Part shown: piece after piece, positions 43,688-54,300 of the stretch
Layout: each line of letters begins with the position of its first letter
Position numbering within the stretch: the first letter of the stretch is position 1
Origin: an uncultured Acidobacteriota bacterium
Lineage (GTDB): Bacteria > Acidobacteriota > Terriglobia > UBA7540
Assembly (NCBI GenBank): GCA_963804995.1
Contig: CAWDSK010000003.1
Location: 352,001-416,000, forward strand
DNA: 64,000 bases
Direction: 5' to 3'
Notes under the pieces: model-generated
What the model saw: only the letters and a program-made list of their open reading frames with translations
What the model was told of the DNA's origin: nothing
Database searches by the model: none
Made by a program: the position numbers and the translations under genes

Positions 43688-44728
43688 ATGTTGAGCGGTC
43701 AAGCGGTTGAGCACGAACCCAAAGAATGGGTTACCTTGCGGCCCACGGCGAGAAGCTCCTGGCTTGAGCACGTGGCGCGGCGTTGGGTTTCGAATGTCGT
43801 AGGCCAGCCCCAGGCCACGGACACTATCCTTCGACTCCTGCAGCGGATTGAAGTTCAGGCCCGGCAACCGCGCCGGACTATGGGCTCCATGCTCCTGCTG
43901 GGGCCGCCGGGCTGTGGAAAGACCCATTCCGTGGAAGCGCTGGCGGAAGTGTTGCTCGGCAGCCCCACAGCTTTGCTCAAGATCAATTGCGCCGAGTATC
44001 AGCAGCAACACGAAACTGCCCGGTTGGTGGGCGCCCCGCCCGGATACATCGGGCACGCCGACACGGAGCCCGTGTTCACCCGCGAAAACATTGAGCGCCA
44101 CCGCACTCCGGAATTCCCTTATTCCCTGATTCTGTTCGACGAGATTGAGAAGGCCCACCACTCGCTCTATTCCCTGCTCCTGGGTGTTCTGGACCGCGCC
44201 GAACTGAACGACGGCCGCAACCGGCACGTGGATTTCTCCTCCTGTCTCTTCTTCTTCACCAGCAACATCGGCTCCCGGGAGAGCCTGCGCGCCACTGCCC
44301 CCTCCGGTTTTGTTCCTTCTCTCGAAGAGGAAGACGCCAAGGCTCGCCACTTCAGCAATGTTTCCATTCGCGCGCTCAAACGCCACTTTCCTCCGGAATT
44401 TCTGCGCCGCATCGAGGAGACCGTCGTCTATCATCCCCTCCGCCCCGCTGACCTCAAGAAAATCCTGGATCTTGAGATCTCTAAAGTCGGCAAAACTTTC
44501 AGCCACCACCCGTCCACACCCTTTCAGATCGAGCTCACCACCGGGGCGAAGTCGCTGCTGCTGAACCACGGCTGCGATACTGAGTACGGGGCCGCCCACC
44601 TCCAACGTACCCTGGCCTGTGAACTTCAAGATCCCCTCTTTCGCTTGATGGCCACGGGGCAAGTGCACGCCGGTGAGCACGTGGGCGTTTTCGCCAAAGG
44701 GTCAGAACTCGTATTCCGCAAAGGCTAG
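43688..44728 (+). CDS. Stand-alone ClpA/ClpB second (D2) AAA+ module
   Basis: VVGQ, GPPGCGKT, RLVGAPPGYIG, LFDEIEKAH, TSNIG and YGA motifs; no N-domain or D1. Confidence 0.85.
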   Translation: MLSGQAVEHEPKEWVTLRPTARSSWLEHVARRWVSNVVGQPQATDTILRLLQRIEVQARQPRRTMGSMLLLGPPGCGKTHSVEALAEVLLGSPTALLKINCAEYQQQHETARLVGAPPGYIGHADTEPVFTRENIERHRTPEFPYSLILFDEIEKAHHSLYSLLLGVLDRAELNDGRNRHVDFSSCLFFFTSNIGSRESLRATAPSGFVPSLEEEDAKARHFSNVSIRALKRHFPPEFLRRIEETVVYHPLRPADLKKILDLEISKVGKTFSHHPSTPFQIELTTGAKSLLLNHGCDTEYGAAHLQRTLACELQDPLFRLMATGQVHAGEHVGVFAKGSELVFRKG

Positions 44729-44801
44729 GAAAAAACCGTCGCCATTATCAGCAAAGCCTGATAATCTCCCCCTCCACAGACTAGCTTTGGAGGGCTTGTT
44801 C

Positions 44802-45492
44802 ATGCGTATTTCACCGAGATATATCTTCCTCGCGGCTTTGTGCCTTTCCCTTGCAGCTCTCACCATCTCCCTAAACTCGACCGACGCGCGGCCCGCGTCC
44901 GGCAAAATCAGCTTTCACGACGACTTCTCTTCCGGCAAGCTCGACGCCTGGCAATTTCCCTTCCCCGAAGACTGGGTGGTGAAAGAAGAAGGCGCGCTAC
45001 ATTATTTGCATATGCTGCGAAGTCGCGAGCCTCTGGTTCCCCGCCGCCCGCAGCAGTTTGCGCTGCTCAAGAACGTCAAAGTGGGGAGCTTCACCCTTGA
45101 GGCCCGCACGCGGCGCGAAGGCAGATCCATGATGATCGTCTTCAACTACGTCGACACGCTGCATTTCTACTACACGCACCTCTCCGTGGATATGGGCGCC
45201 AAGGTAGATGTCCACAACGGGGTTTTCATGGTGGATGACGCCCCGCGCCGCCGCATTGGGGGATTGGAAGCCGCGCCCGTGTTGCCCGATACGAATTGGC
45301 ACAAGATTCGCGTGCAGCGCGATGTCAGTTCGGGTTCGATTGAAGTCTTTGTTGACGACCAAACCGAGCCGCGTTTTTCAGTGGTCGACAAGACCTTCAA
45401 GTGCGGACAGGTGGGGCTCGGTTCCTTCGATGAGACGGGTGACTGGACGGAACGTCAAGCTAACCTCAAAAGACCTTGGTTGCCGCCCCTGA
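44802..45492 (+). CDS. Secreted lectin-fold (DUF1080-like) protein, frameshift near 45450
   Basis: Signal peptide; DDFSSG, WHKIRV and GQVGLGSFD motifs; the natural end (N/D)VKLTSKDLGCRP* lies in the other frame. Confidence 0.6.
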
Positions 45493-45578
45493 AGGGGTAT
45501 AATGGGGCGCGGGGCCAGCACTAACCGATCACAGGGAACTAAAAACCGTGTTCGCCACATATTTGCGGAGGAGTCTCT

Positions 45579-46564
45579 ATGAGCAATGATTTCTCAGAAG
45601 AAAGTTTCTGGAGAGTATCGCCATCGGAGGTGCGGCGAGCGCGAGTCTTCCCTTGTTGAACAGTCTCGCCCTGGCGAAGGAAGTGAAAATCCCGCACCGC
45701 ACCCTGGGCCACACGGGCGCTAAAGTCTCCATTCTGGCATTTGGCTGCGGCAGCCGCTTCCTGATGTACGAGGATGACGACAAAGCCGTGCAAGTGCTCA
45801 ACCACGCCCTGGATCTGGGCATCACCTACGTGGACACCGCCTACGCTTACGGCAACGGCAAGTCTGAGACGCGCGTGGGCAAGGTCATGGCCACTCGCCG
45901 CAAGGAAGTGTGGCTGGCCACCAAGATTCCTGACCGCACGCGGGACGGTTTCATGAGTCGGCTTGAAGCCAGCTTGAAGCGCCTCCAAACAGACCACGTG
46001 GACCTGGTCCACATCCACAGCGTGGGCCACGCCGATGACTTGGAAAAGATCGAAGGCCCCAACGGCGCCCTCAAAGGCTTGCTGGAAGCGAAGGAACAGA
46101 AGATGGCGCGCTTCATCGGCATGACCAGCCACACCGAAGGCGCGGTTCTGGCCCAAGCCATTGAACGCCATCCGCTCGATTGCACGCAGATGGCGCTGAA
46201 CCCCAGCGGCACGGGCGAGTTTGAGAAGACCGCCCTCGCCGCCGCCAACAAAAAGGGCTTGGGTGTCATCGCCATGAAGGTCTATGGGCAGGAGTTCCTT
46301 ATCGGCACGGAAGGCGGCAAGACCGATGCGGACACTCTGCTGCGCTTTGCCATGAGCCTGCCGGTCACGACTGCCGTGGCGGGCATGCCCCAGGTTGAGA
46401 TGCTCGAGCACAATGTGGAGCAGGCACGCAACTTCTCGCCCTTCAGCGCTGATAAAATGGATCAGATCCGCCGCGATATGTCGGTCCTGCACGACGACAT
46501 GCAACATCACCTGGTCGGCCACATCGACGGCCCCACCGACCACCCCGAGGTGTTTTGGACGTAA
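45579..46564 (+). CDS. Tat-signal aldo/keto reductase, frameshift near 45595
   Basis: GGAGG RBS and ATG at 45579; adding one base gives MSNDFSRRKFLESIAIGG; DTAYAYG, ATK and LQTDHVDL.HIH motifs. Confidence 0.82.
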
Positions 46565-46599
46565 AGAGCGAAGCGGGGCATGGGCTGATCGGGTCATCG

Positions 46600-47005
46600 G
46601 GTGATTTGCGATTGGCGATTGGTGATTGGCGATTTTCGGAGTCGGCATTCGATTCATCTTTTCACCTGACACCGCCGATAACCGAGGTGGGGGAGTGTGT
46701 GCCGGCGGGGGCTAGCGATCGGGAGATCGGGTGATCCGCTGATCGGGTTATCGGCTGATTTACGAATGGCGATTGGTGATTGCCGATTTTCAAAGCCAGC
46801 ATTTGATTCATCTTCTCACCTAGCACCGCCGATAACCGAGGTGGGGGAGTGTGTGCCGGCGGGAGCTAGCGATCGGGACATCGGTTGATCCGGAGATCGG
46901 GGGATCAAACCACTGGTGCAGCAAGCAAATGCCAGCTTCTGATCGGCCGAATTGAGCTCATGTTCCTGTGCCATCCATCCGATTACCGATTTGGGGGAGT
47001 GCGTC
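46600..47005. repeat. Decaying direct triplication with period about 150-154 bp
   Basis: ccgataaccgaggtgggggagtgtgt at 46675 and 46829, variant at 46979; embedded 7-8-nt micro-arrays. Confidence 0.7.
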
Positions 47006-47280
47006 ACGAGTGGGCGGCGTTCGGTCGGCGGCGTTGGTCGCTCGCCGCGGGGCTTCGGGCCCGTCGCGATCTTCTGTTGCCGTGGTGAAAACTGGTGGCC
47101 GTCGTAAGGGGCTGCGGCGGGTCGGTTAGGGCAGCGGGCCTCACCGCTTTTGAGCTCCCGTCCAACGCTTCTCATACCTTCCAGCTTCGCTCCGAACATC
47201 ACGTCACCCGCTTCTTTAAGCCCCCTTCTCACGGGAAGGGTTTCTCTTTTCTCTTTCCTCCGTACTTTCAATAACTCCCT

Positions 47281-47657
47281 TTCTTTTCATAAACATCGTG
47301 GGTTAGCGACACTAACTACCTTATTTTTCATAAACATCGTGGCATTAGTCACAATGTCACTTCCTTCTTTCTTTGTTTTCAACAACATCGTGGGTTCTTC
47401 CTTCATTTTTAATCCCCCTTTTTTCCTCACCCCATTTGCAACAGAATCGATTAACTCTCCTTATTTCAATCAGATAGATTTTTGCCACGTTTCCTCTCTC
47501 CATTGCTAACCCCTTTTGCTTTCTATAACATCGTGGCTTAGGGGGTTGAGTAAATTTCCGCAGATTGAATTAGTCTTGTTGTTTCAATGAGTTACATTTT
47601 GATAGTTTTTGCTCCTCTTCGCTAACTCCTTTTGTTATCTGAAACATCGTGGCATAG
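47281..47657 (+). repeat. AT-rich tract with five direct AACATCGTGG motifs
   Basis: Motif at 47292, 47333, 47384, 47527 and 47643, each preceded by a T-rich tract. Confidence 0.75.
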
Positions 47658-48069
47658 GGTGGCGAGCCAACTGGATGCCGACGTGACGGAATCCATCCCG
47701 ATCCTATCGGGACGCCTCCTTGGGCAAGGTAAATCCGCCGCTACCCCTCTATTTTTGCCCTCTGCTCTCCGCCCCTCTGCGGGACCTGATCGGGGGGGCG
47801 GGGGTTGCCCAATTCCGGGGCAGGCTGGCGCCCCCATAACCGCGAAGTGTTCGGGGAGGGCTCTAAAGGTCGGCGCTGATTCGCCCCGAATTTCCGTATA
47901 ACCTGTGCATTGTCGGCCAACAATCCCGTTCGATTGCCGTCGATTGTCACAAAACTCCGGAATTTTCTGCAAAAAGGTCGAATAATAGCCAGACAAATTG
48001 TCCCCTATCCTGTGTTTTCATACACATCCCCGGATCGACCTTCATTTTTAACATCTCTACGATCTGTGC

Positions 48070-50014
48070 GGTTGTGTCAAGAATTTTTGTCCCCTAAGGC
48101 GATAACCCATTGAATTGCTGGGAGAAACTGGATTTTCTGCTTTCTCCCCCCTCCGGGTGCGCTTGACTAGGACGTTGGCGTGAGGTGCGGTCGGGTTGCC
48201 GCGCTTAAGTTCCTGGACGTAACTGCGTCGTGGGGCTTGACGGCAAACAAAAAGGGCGGTGAAGTCTCTCTTTCCCAATCCACCTTGTAGGGAACCCGCC
48301 AGGTTCCCGAGAGACTCACCGCCATGGGCAAGATACCACGATTGGTGCTTTGGCTCTGTAGGAAATTTACCCGCCAGGATTTGCAGGAACTGGTCGAGCA
48401 ACTGCAAGAGATTCTCGCCGGGCGCCAGCCCGAGCCTCAACCCCGCGACGACTTTCGCCAGCAGCATCCACACTATCGCGACTTCTACGTTGACCCTCTG
48501 GCTCCCTTGACCCAGCCGCCTCCGGCACCTCGCACCTGGAACTGGCGGCAGTTGCTGGCTCAGTACCAGCGCCAGCACCGCCGACCGTTGGCTCCGATTC
48601 AGCGTTCTGGCGCCCACCCCCTGCCTCCCACTTGTCGTTGTGCCCACTGCGGCGCACCGCGCGACTTCCTCTACCTCAACGATGGCCGTCACGCCCGCCA
48701 ACTGCGCTGCAAAGTCTGTGGCCGGCTGTCGCAAATCGCTCGTCGTCATCGCCCGACGAAAACTCCTTACTGGTGCCCCTACTGCGGCAGCTCCCTCTTC
48801 CGCTGGAAGCAGCGTGCCGATTGCACCATCTACAAATGTCCTGGCGAGCGTTGTCCTCACTATCTCCAGAAGCAGCAAGCCCTGCACTGGAACGAGAAGT
48901 TGCTCCAGAAGCTGCGCCGCACGCAGTTCAAGCTGCGTTACCAGTATCGCGAATACCACTTTCAACCCGCCCAACTGGCCCCCACCGCTCCCGATCCGCC
49001 CACCGTCGACCTCACCCGTCTGCATCGTTCTTCCGATGTCTTGGGCCTGGTGTTGGCCTTCCACATCTCTTTCGCCCTCTCCGCCCGCAAGACCGCCCAG
49101 GTCCTGCGGCAAGTCTTCGGCGTGCCTCTCAGCTACCAGTCCGTTCTCAACTATGCCCAGGCCGCCGCTTACTACTGCCACGCCTTCAACCTCCGCTACA
49201 AAGCCCCGCTCAGCGCCACCGCCACCGGCGACGAGACTTATATTCGCGTCGCGGGGAAGCACCCATACACGTTCTTCTTTCTCGATCCCCAAGGGCATCG
49301 CATCACGTCCTATCACGTGGCGCCGGAGCGCGATGCCTTGGCCGCCACCGTGGCCCTGGGCGAGGCCGCGCGCACCTTGCCCGAAGATCAGGCCCTGCGT
49401 TTCATCACCGACGGCAACCCCGCTTATCAGGCCGGCGTACACTTCCTCAACGCTCACCGCACCGCTTCCCAACCTCCCCATACCTTGCGGCAGGTCATCG
49501 GCCTGGAAAACCTCGACGCGGTCTCCAAGGAATTCCGCCCCTTCAAGCAACTCATCGAACGTCTCAATCGCACCTACAAATACCACGTCCGCCCGGCTTG
49601 CGGCTTTGCCACGCGCAACGGCGCCGTGGCCCTCACCACCCTGTTCGTCACCCACTACAACTTCCTTCGCCCCCATCTGGCCCTGGGCTACCGCGTACCC
49701 ATCCCCTTGCCGGAGTTGAGTTCCCTCACCACCTTGCAAGGCCAGTGGAACAAGATCCTCGCTCTCGCCCTGGCGGCCTGAGCCCGGTGGGAGTAAACTT
49801 CGCGGTGGCCGGGGCGGAGGATAGGGCTCCGCAGGGATGCGACCTGAGCGCCGACCCCGGGGCCGAGATCGGTCGGGAGCGAGCCCCACTCGCTCCCCCA
49901 GTCCAGACCCATCTTGGCACCAAAGCGATAAATCCTGGGGGTCTGGGGGCAAATCCCCCAGCTCTACCCACCTCCCGACCCTTCATTACCTTTCATAAAA
50001 CTTTTGACAGAACC
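48070..50014 (+). mobile_element. IS6-like insertion sequence, unusually long (1945 bp)
   Basis: Ends ggttgtgtcaagaatttt / aaaacttttgacagaacc form an imperfect inverted repeat; flanks gatctgtgc / gatcagtac match at 7 of 9. Confidence 0.75.
48324..49781 (+). CDS. DDE transposase (IS6/IS240-like core) with N-terminal zinc ribbons
   Basis: CAHC..CKVC and CPYC..CPGERC; GDETY, ITDGNPAY and IERLNRTYK. Confidence 0.85.
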   Translation: MGKIPRLVLWLCRKFTRQDLQELVEQLQEILAGRQPEPQPRDDFRQQHPHYRDFYVDPLAPLTQPPPAPRTWNWRQLLAQYQRQHRRPLAPIQRSGAHPLPPTCRCAHCGAPRDFLYLNDGRHARQLRCKVCGRLSQIARRHRPTKTPYWCPYCGSSLFRWKQRADCTIYKCPGERCPHYLQKQQALHWNEKLLQKLRRTQFKLRYQYREYHFQPAQLAPTAPDPPTVDLTRLHRSSDVLGLVLAFHISFALSARKTAQVLRQVFGVPLSYQSVLNYAQAAAYYCHAFNLRYKAPLSATATGDETYIRVAGKHPYTFFFLDPQGHRITSYHVAPERDALAATVALGEAARTLPEDQALRFITDGNPAYQAGVHFLNAHRTASQPPHTLRQVIGLENLDAVSKEFRPFKQLIERLNRTYKYHVRPACGFATRNGAVALTTLFVTHYNFLRPHLALGYRVPIPLPELSSLTTLQGQWNKILALALAA

Positions 50015-50455
50015 GATCAGTACCCCTTCCTGGACGTTGGTCGGCGTGTTGGAGAGGCATGGCAGACCCCCGATTTTGGGACCCGTGGTTCTTCGAGTGC
50101 TGCCTGGACACATCATGGCGCAACGCGGCCTCACCTCTATTGTGCACTTAATTGACTGGGCTATGTCAATAGGCAATACACGCGTTTGGGCTACCGGTAG
50201 CCCAAAAATGAAATAAATCAATCAAATTGCCCGCCGGTGGCAGGTGGTAGAGTAGGCAGCGAGGAGTGCGGGCAAGTTTCACAGCTTGTCCCACATTAGT
50301 CTGAATGGCAAGCGTGGCGCGGACCTCCGCACCTGAGGTCTGTGACCTCTTCTTACGAAGAACTGCACTGCAACGCAATACCGTAAATGCTTGTTTTCCT
50401 AGCAAACAATTTGCACATCTCGTAGGGGCACCCCTCACCCCCGGCCCCCCCCAAG

Positions 50456-50554
50456 GAGGCGGTCTCAAAACTGGCAAATTCACGGTTTTTACGACGAATA
50501 ATCAATAACTTACGCTGTGCAAAAGTCAGAAATACCTAGTTTTGAGACGGCCTC
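50456..50554. mobile_element. 99-bp MITE with IS1182-like ends and a central IHF-consensus site
   Basis: Inverted repeat gaggcggtctcaaaactgg / ctagttttgagacggcctc (17 of 19); caag duplicated; AATCAAtaacTTA at 50500-50512. Confidence 0.75.
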
Positions 50555-51394
50555 CAAGGGGGCGAGGGGAGAGTTGAACTTACTCCCTCGCCCCCTTGGG
50601 GGAGAGGGTGGCCCGCCGCCGGCGTTTTCATCAGCCGGGGCGGGACGGGCCTACGCCCACCGAAGGGACACCTGGGAGCAGTAAACAACTTTAGCTTCGG
50701 CCCGCAGGCGGGTGAGGGGGTCGCCCTGAAACCCATTGAAACTTTGACAGCGGACTTCTGACTCAGGACACTAAGGGCGCTCCGTTGAACAAAGACGCGC
50801 AGTTTTGTAAACACAAGGGCAGCGGCAAACGTCACATCCTAATTTTTTAAAAAGTGAGCAATATTGCACAGATTATAAAACTGCCCGCGACTAAATTGAC
50901 ACTAATCAAATGGACGGACCCAACCGAGTTGTACAAATCGAACCCTTTGCAGATGGGCTGCGGATGAATGCCTCCATACCCTGCTCATGGCTGCAAGCAC
51001 TGGAGATCACTTGCCAAATATAAAAGGGCACTTCCGAAATTAATCGAAGTGCCCTCCTCCTCTTTCCAGAGCTTCAACGCGGCTGGCTAAGTACAAACGC
51101 GCGAGGTCGAAACCCCTCTCCATCAATTTCCACTTTGAACTTACCGAATGGATTTCAGATGAGATATGATAGCGGCTTGGAACGGTAGCGGGTTGTTGTC
51201 CAGCACACCCATCAAGCGGTAGAAACCCTTGCCTGTTTCCGCCCGGTATGCCTGTGATTCGCCAACTTTGCAGCAGAGGGGGGACAGCCGAGAGCTGACG
51301 CTTCCTGTGGAGCGTCGGCAAAGCCGGAAGCTGAGCGGCCCTCTCGGCGAAACACCCTCACGGGGGCTGAAAACCTGGAACTGAGTTTTCTCTC

Positions 51395-54300
51395 ATGTGG
51401 ATCGTTCGGTTAGCGTTACGACGGCCGTACACATTCGTAGTGATGTCGATTGTCATCCTGATTCTAGGGGTGCTCTCCATCCTCCGCACCCCGAAAGATA
51501 TTTTCCCCAACATCAACATCCCCGTGGTGAGTGTGAACTGGGGCTACTCCGGTCTTTCCGCCCAGCAGATGGCCTACCGGATGGCGGTTATCAATGAACG
51601 TTCCATGACTTTGACCGTGAATGACATCGAGCACATTGAATCCGAGTCTCTGAATGGGACCACGGTCATCAAGATTTTCTTTCAGCCGGGCGCCAACATC
51701 GGCACGGCGCTCAGCCAAGTCACGGCGATCTGTCAGACCCAGCTTCATCAATTCCCGCCCGGCACATCTCCGCCGTTCATCATGCAATACAGCGCCTCGA
51801 CCGTGCCCATTCTGCAATTGGGACTTTCTGGAAAAGGGCTTTCAGAGCAGCAATTGTTCGACCTGGGCGCCAACTTTATCCGTGTCCAACTGGCCGACGT
51901 GGAAGGGGCCGCCATTCCCTGGCCCTATGGGGGAAAGCAACGAACGGTGCAGGTAGATCTGGACACTACGGCCTTGCAGTCGAAAGGCCTTTCCCCGGCG
52001 GATGTTGCAAACGCCATCAACGCTCAAAATTTGATCCTCCCTTCCGGAACCTCCAAGATTGGCATGTACCAATACGACGTGGAGACCAATGGCAGCCCGC
52101 TGACCACAGAGGCACTCAACGATCTGCCGGTCAAAACCTCGGGAAACACGGTCATTTACATCCGCGATGTCGCCCACGTCCGCGACGGATTTCCCCCGCA
52201 AGCCAACATCGTGCGCGTCAACGGCCAGAGGGCGGCACTGATGACGGCCATGAAGACGGGGAAATCCTCGACGTTGGACATCATCGCCCAAATCAAAGCG
52301 GAGTTGCCGCGTATTCAGAGAGGCCTGCCGCCGCAATTGCGGATCCACTACCTGGCGGATCAGTCTCTCTTTGTCAGGGCCGCTATAAAGGGTGTGGTGA
52401 GAGAAGCGATTGTCGCCGCCCTGCTCACCGCGGCCATGATCCTGCTTTTTCTGGGGAGCTGGCGAAGCACGGTCATTGTCGTCGTCTCCATCCCGCTTTC
52501 CATTCTGACCTCCCTGATTGTGCTGAGCGCACTGGGTGAAACCATCAACATCATGACCTTGGGGGGATTCGCTCTCGCCGTGGGAATCCTGGTGGATGAC
52601 GCCACGGTGGCAGTCGAAAACATCAACCGCAACCTTGCCATGGGCAAGGAGATCCTGCAGGGCATTCTGGATGGCGCCGAACAGATTGCCGTGCCCGCCC
52701 TCGTGTCCACCCTCGCCATCTGCATTGTATTCGTGCCCATGTTCTTCCTCACGGGAGTCGCTCGTTACCTATTTGTTCCCCTGGCGGAAGCCGTGAGCTT
52801 CGCCATGCTGGCGTCCTATTTACTATCACGGACCCTGGTGCCCACCATGGCGCGCTACCTGCTTCGAGGGCACGAGCATGACGCCGAAAATCTGGAAACG
52901 GAGGCCCAACGGCATCTCCTGGCCCGCCTGCAATTGCGATTTGAGCACGCCTTTGAGCGGCTGCGCGGAAGTTACCGGGGATGGCTGAGAACCTGCCTGC
53001 AACATCCGGGCCGCCTGGCAGCCGGGGTTTTAGGCGCCGCTTTGGCGTCACTCCTGTTGATTCCTTGGATTGGCCAAGACTTCTTCCCCAAGGTCGACAG
53101 TGGGCAGTTTACCCTCCATCTGCGGGCTCCCACTGGTACCCGAATCGAGGAGACCGCGCGGCTTTGCGATTTCGTCGAGAATTCCATCCGCCGCGAGATT
53201 CCCCCCCGGGAAGTGGCCGGCATTACCGATAACATCGGCTTGCCTTACAGCATCGTCAGTCTCGCCTACAGTACCTCCGCGCCCATCGGCACTGGCGATG
53301 CCGACATTCTGGTATCGCTGACGCCCGAACATCACCCTACGGCGGATTACGTTGACAGGTTACGGCTGCGATTGGCGCGGGAGTTCCCGGGTGTCACTTT
53401 CTACGTTCTGGCATCCGATATGATCACGCAGATTCTGAATTTCGGACTTCCGGCGCCCATTAACATCCAGGTGGTAGGGCAGAACCTCATGGCTAATCGG
53501 CAGTTCGCCGACCAACTGCTTAACAAAATCAAGTACATTCCGGGTGCCGTCGATTTGCGCATTCAGGAACCCTTTAATCAGCCCAGGCTTCAGGTTGACA
53601 TTGATCGCACGCGGGCGGCGCAGGTGGGGTACACCCCGCTGAATATCGCCAGTAATTTGCTCGTTTCCCTGAGCGGTAGCTTTCAAACCGCCCCAACTTT
53701 TTGGCTCGATCCGAGGACCGGCGTAAGCTACAGCGTCACCACCCAGACGCCGGAGTACCGTATTAACTCACTCCAGGATCTGGAAAACATCCCGGTCACC
53801 AGCGCAGGTCACTCTCCGCCCCAAATCCTGGGCAATCTGGCCGCAATTAGCCGGGGGGCTTCGCTGGCAGCCGTCTCGCACTACAACGTTCAACCTGTCA
53901 TCAACATTTACGGCGCGGTCGAGGGACGGGACCTGGGAGGAGTGGCGCGTGACCTTGACCGCATAGTTGACGAAGCGCAGAAGAGTTTGCCGCGGGGCTC
54001 ATGGACCATCGTGCGCGGGCAGATTGAAACCATGCGCTCGTCCTTCGCAGGGTTATGGGCGGGCCTGGTCTTTTCGATTGTGCTTGTCTATCTTTTGATT
54101 GTGGTGAATTTTCAATCCTGGCTGGATCCTCTGATCATCATCTCCGCACTGCCCACGGCTCTGGCGGGCATTGTCTGGTGCCTGTTCACCACGCACACGA
54201 CCCTCAGTGTGCCGGCGCTCATCGGGTCGGTGATGTGCGTGGGCGTCGCCACGGCCAACAGCATTCTGGTGGTGAGTTTTGCCCGAGATCAAATGGATGA

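Noticed and set aside
47281..47657. Chromosomal oriC
   Set aside because: No cluster of DnaA boxes and no dnaA-region genes seen
46816..47996. Short ORFs in the gene-poor region
   Set aside because: Low-complexity or repeat-derived, with no RBS or family motif support
48057..50155. Long overlapping ORFs (631, 507 and 359 aa) across the IS6-like transposase
   Set aside because: Shadow frames of a GC-rich gene with no recognisable motifs
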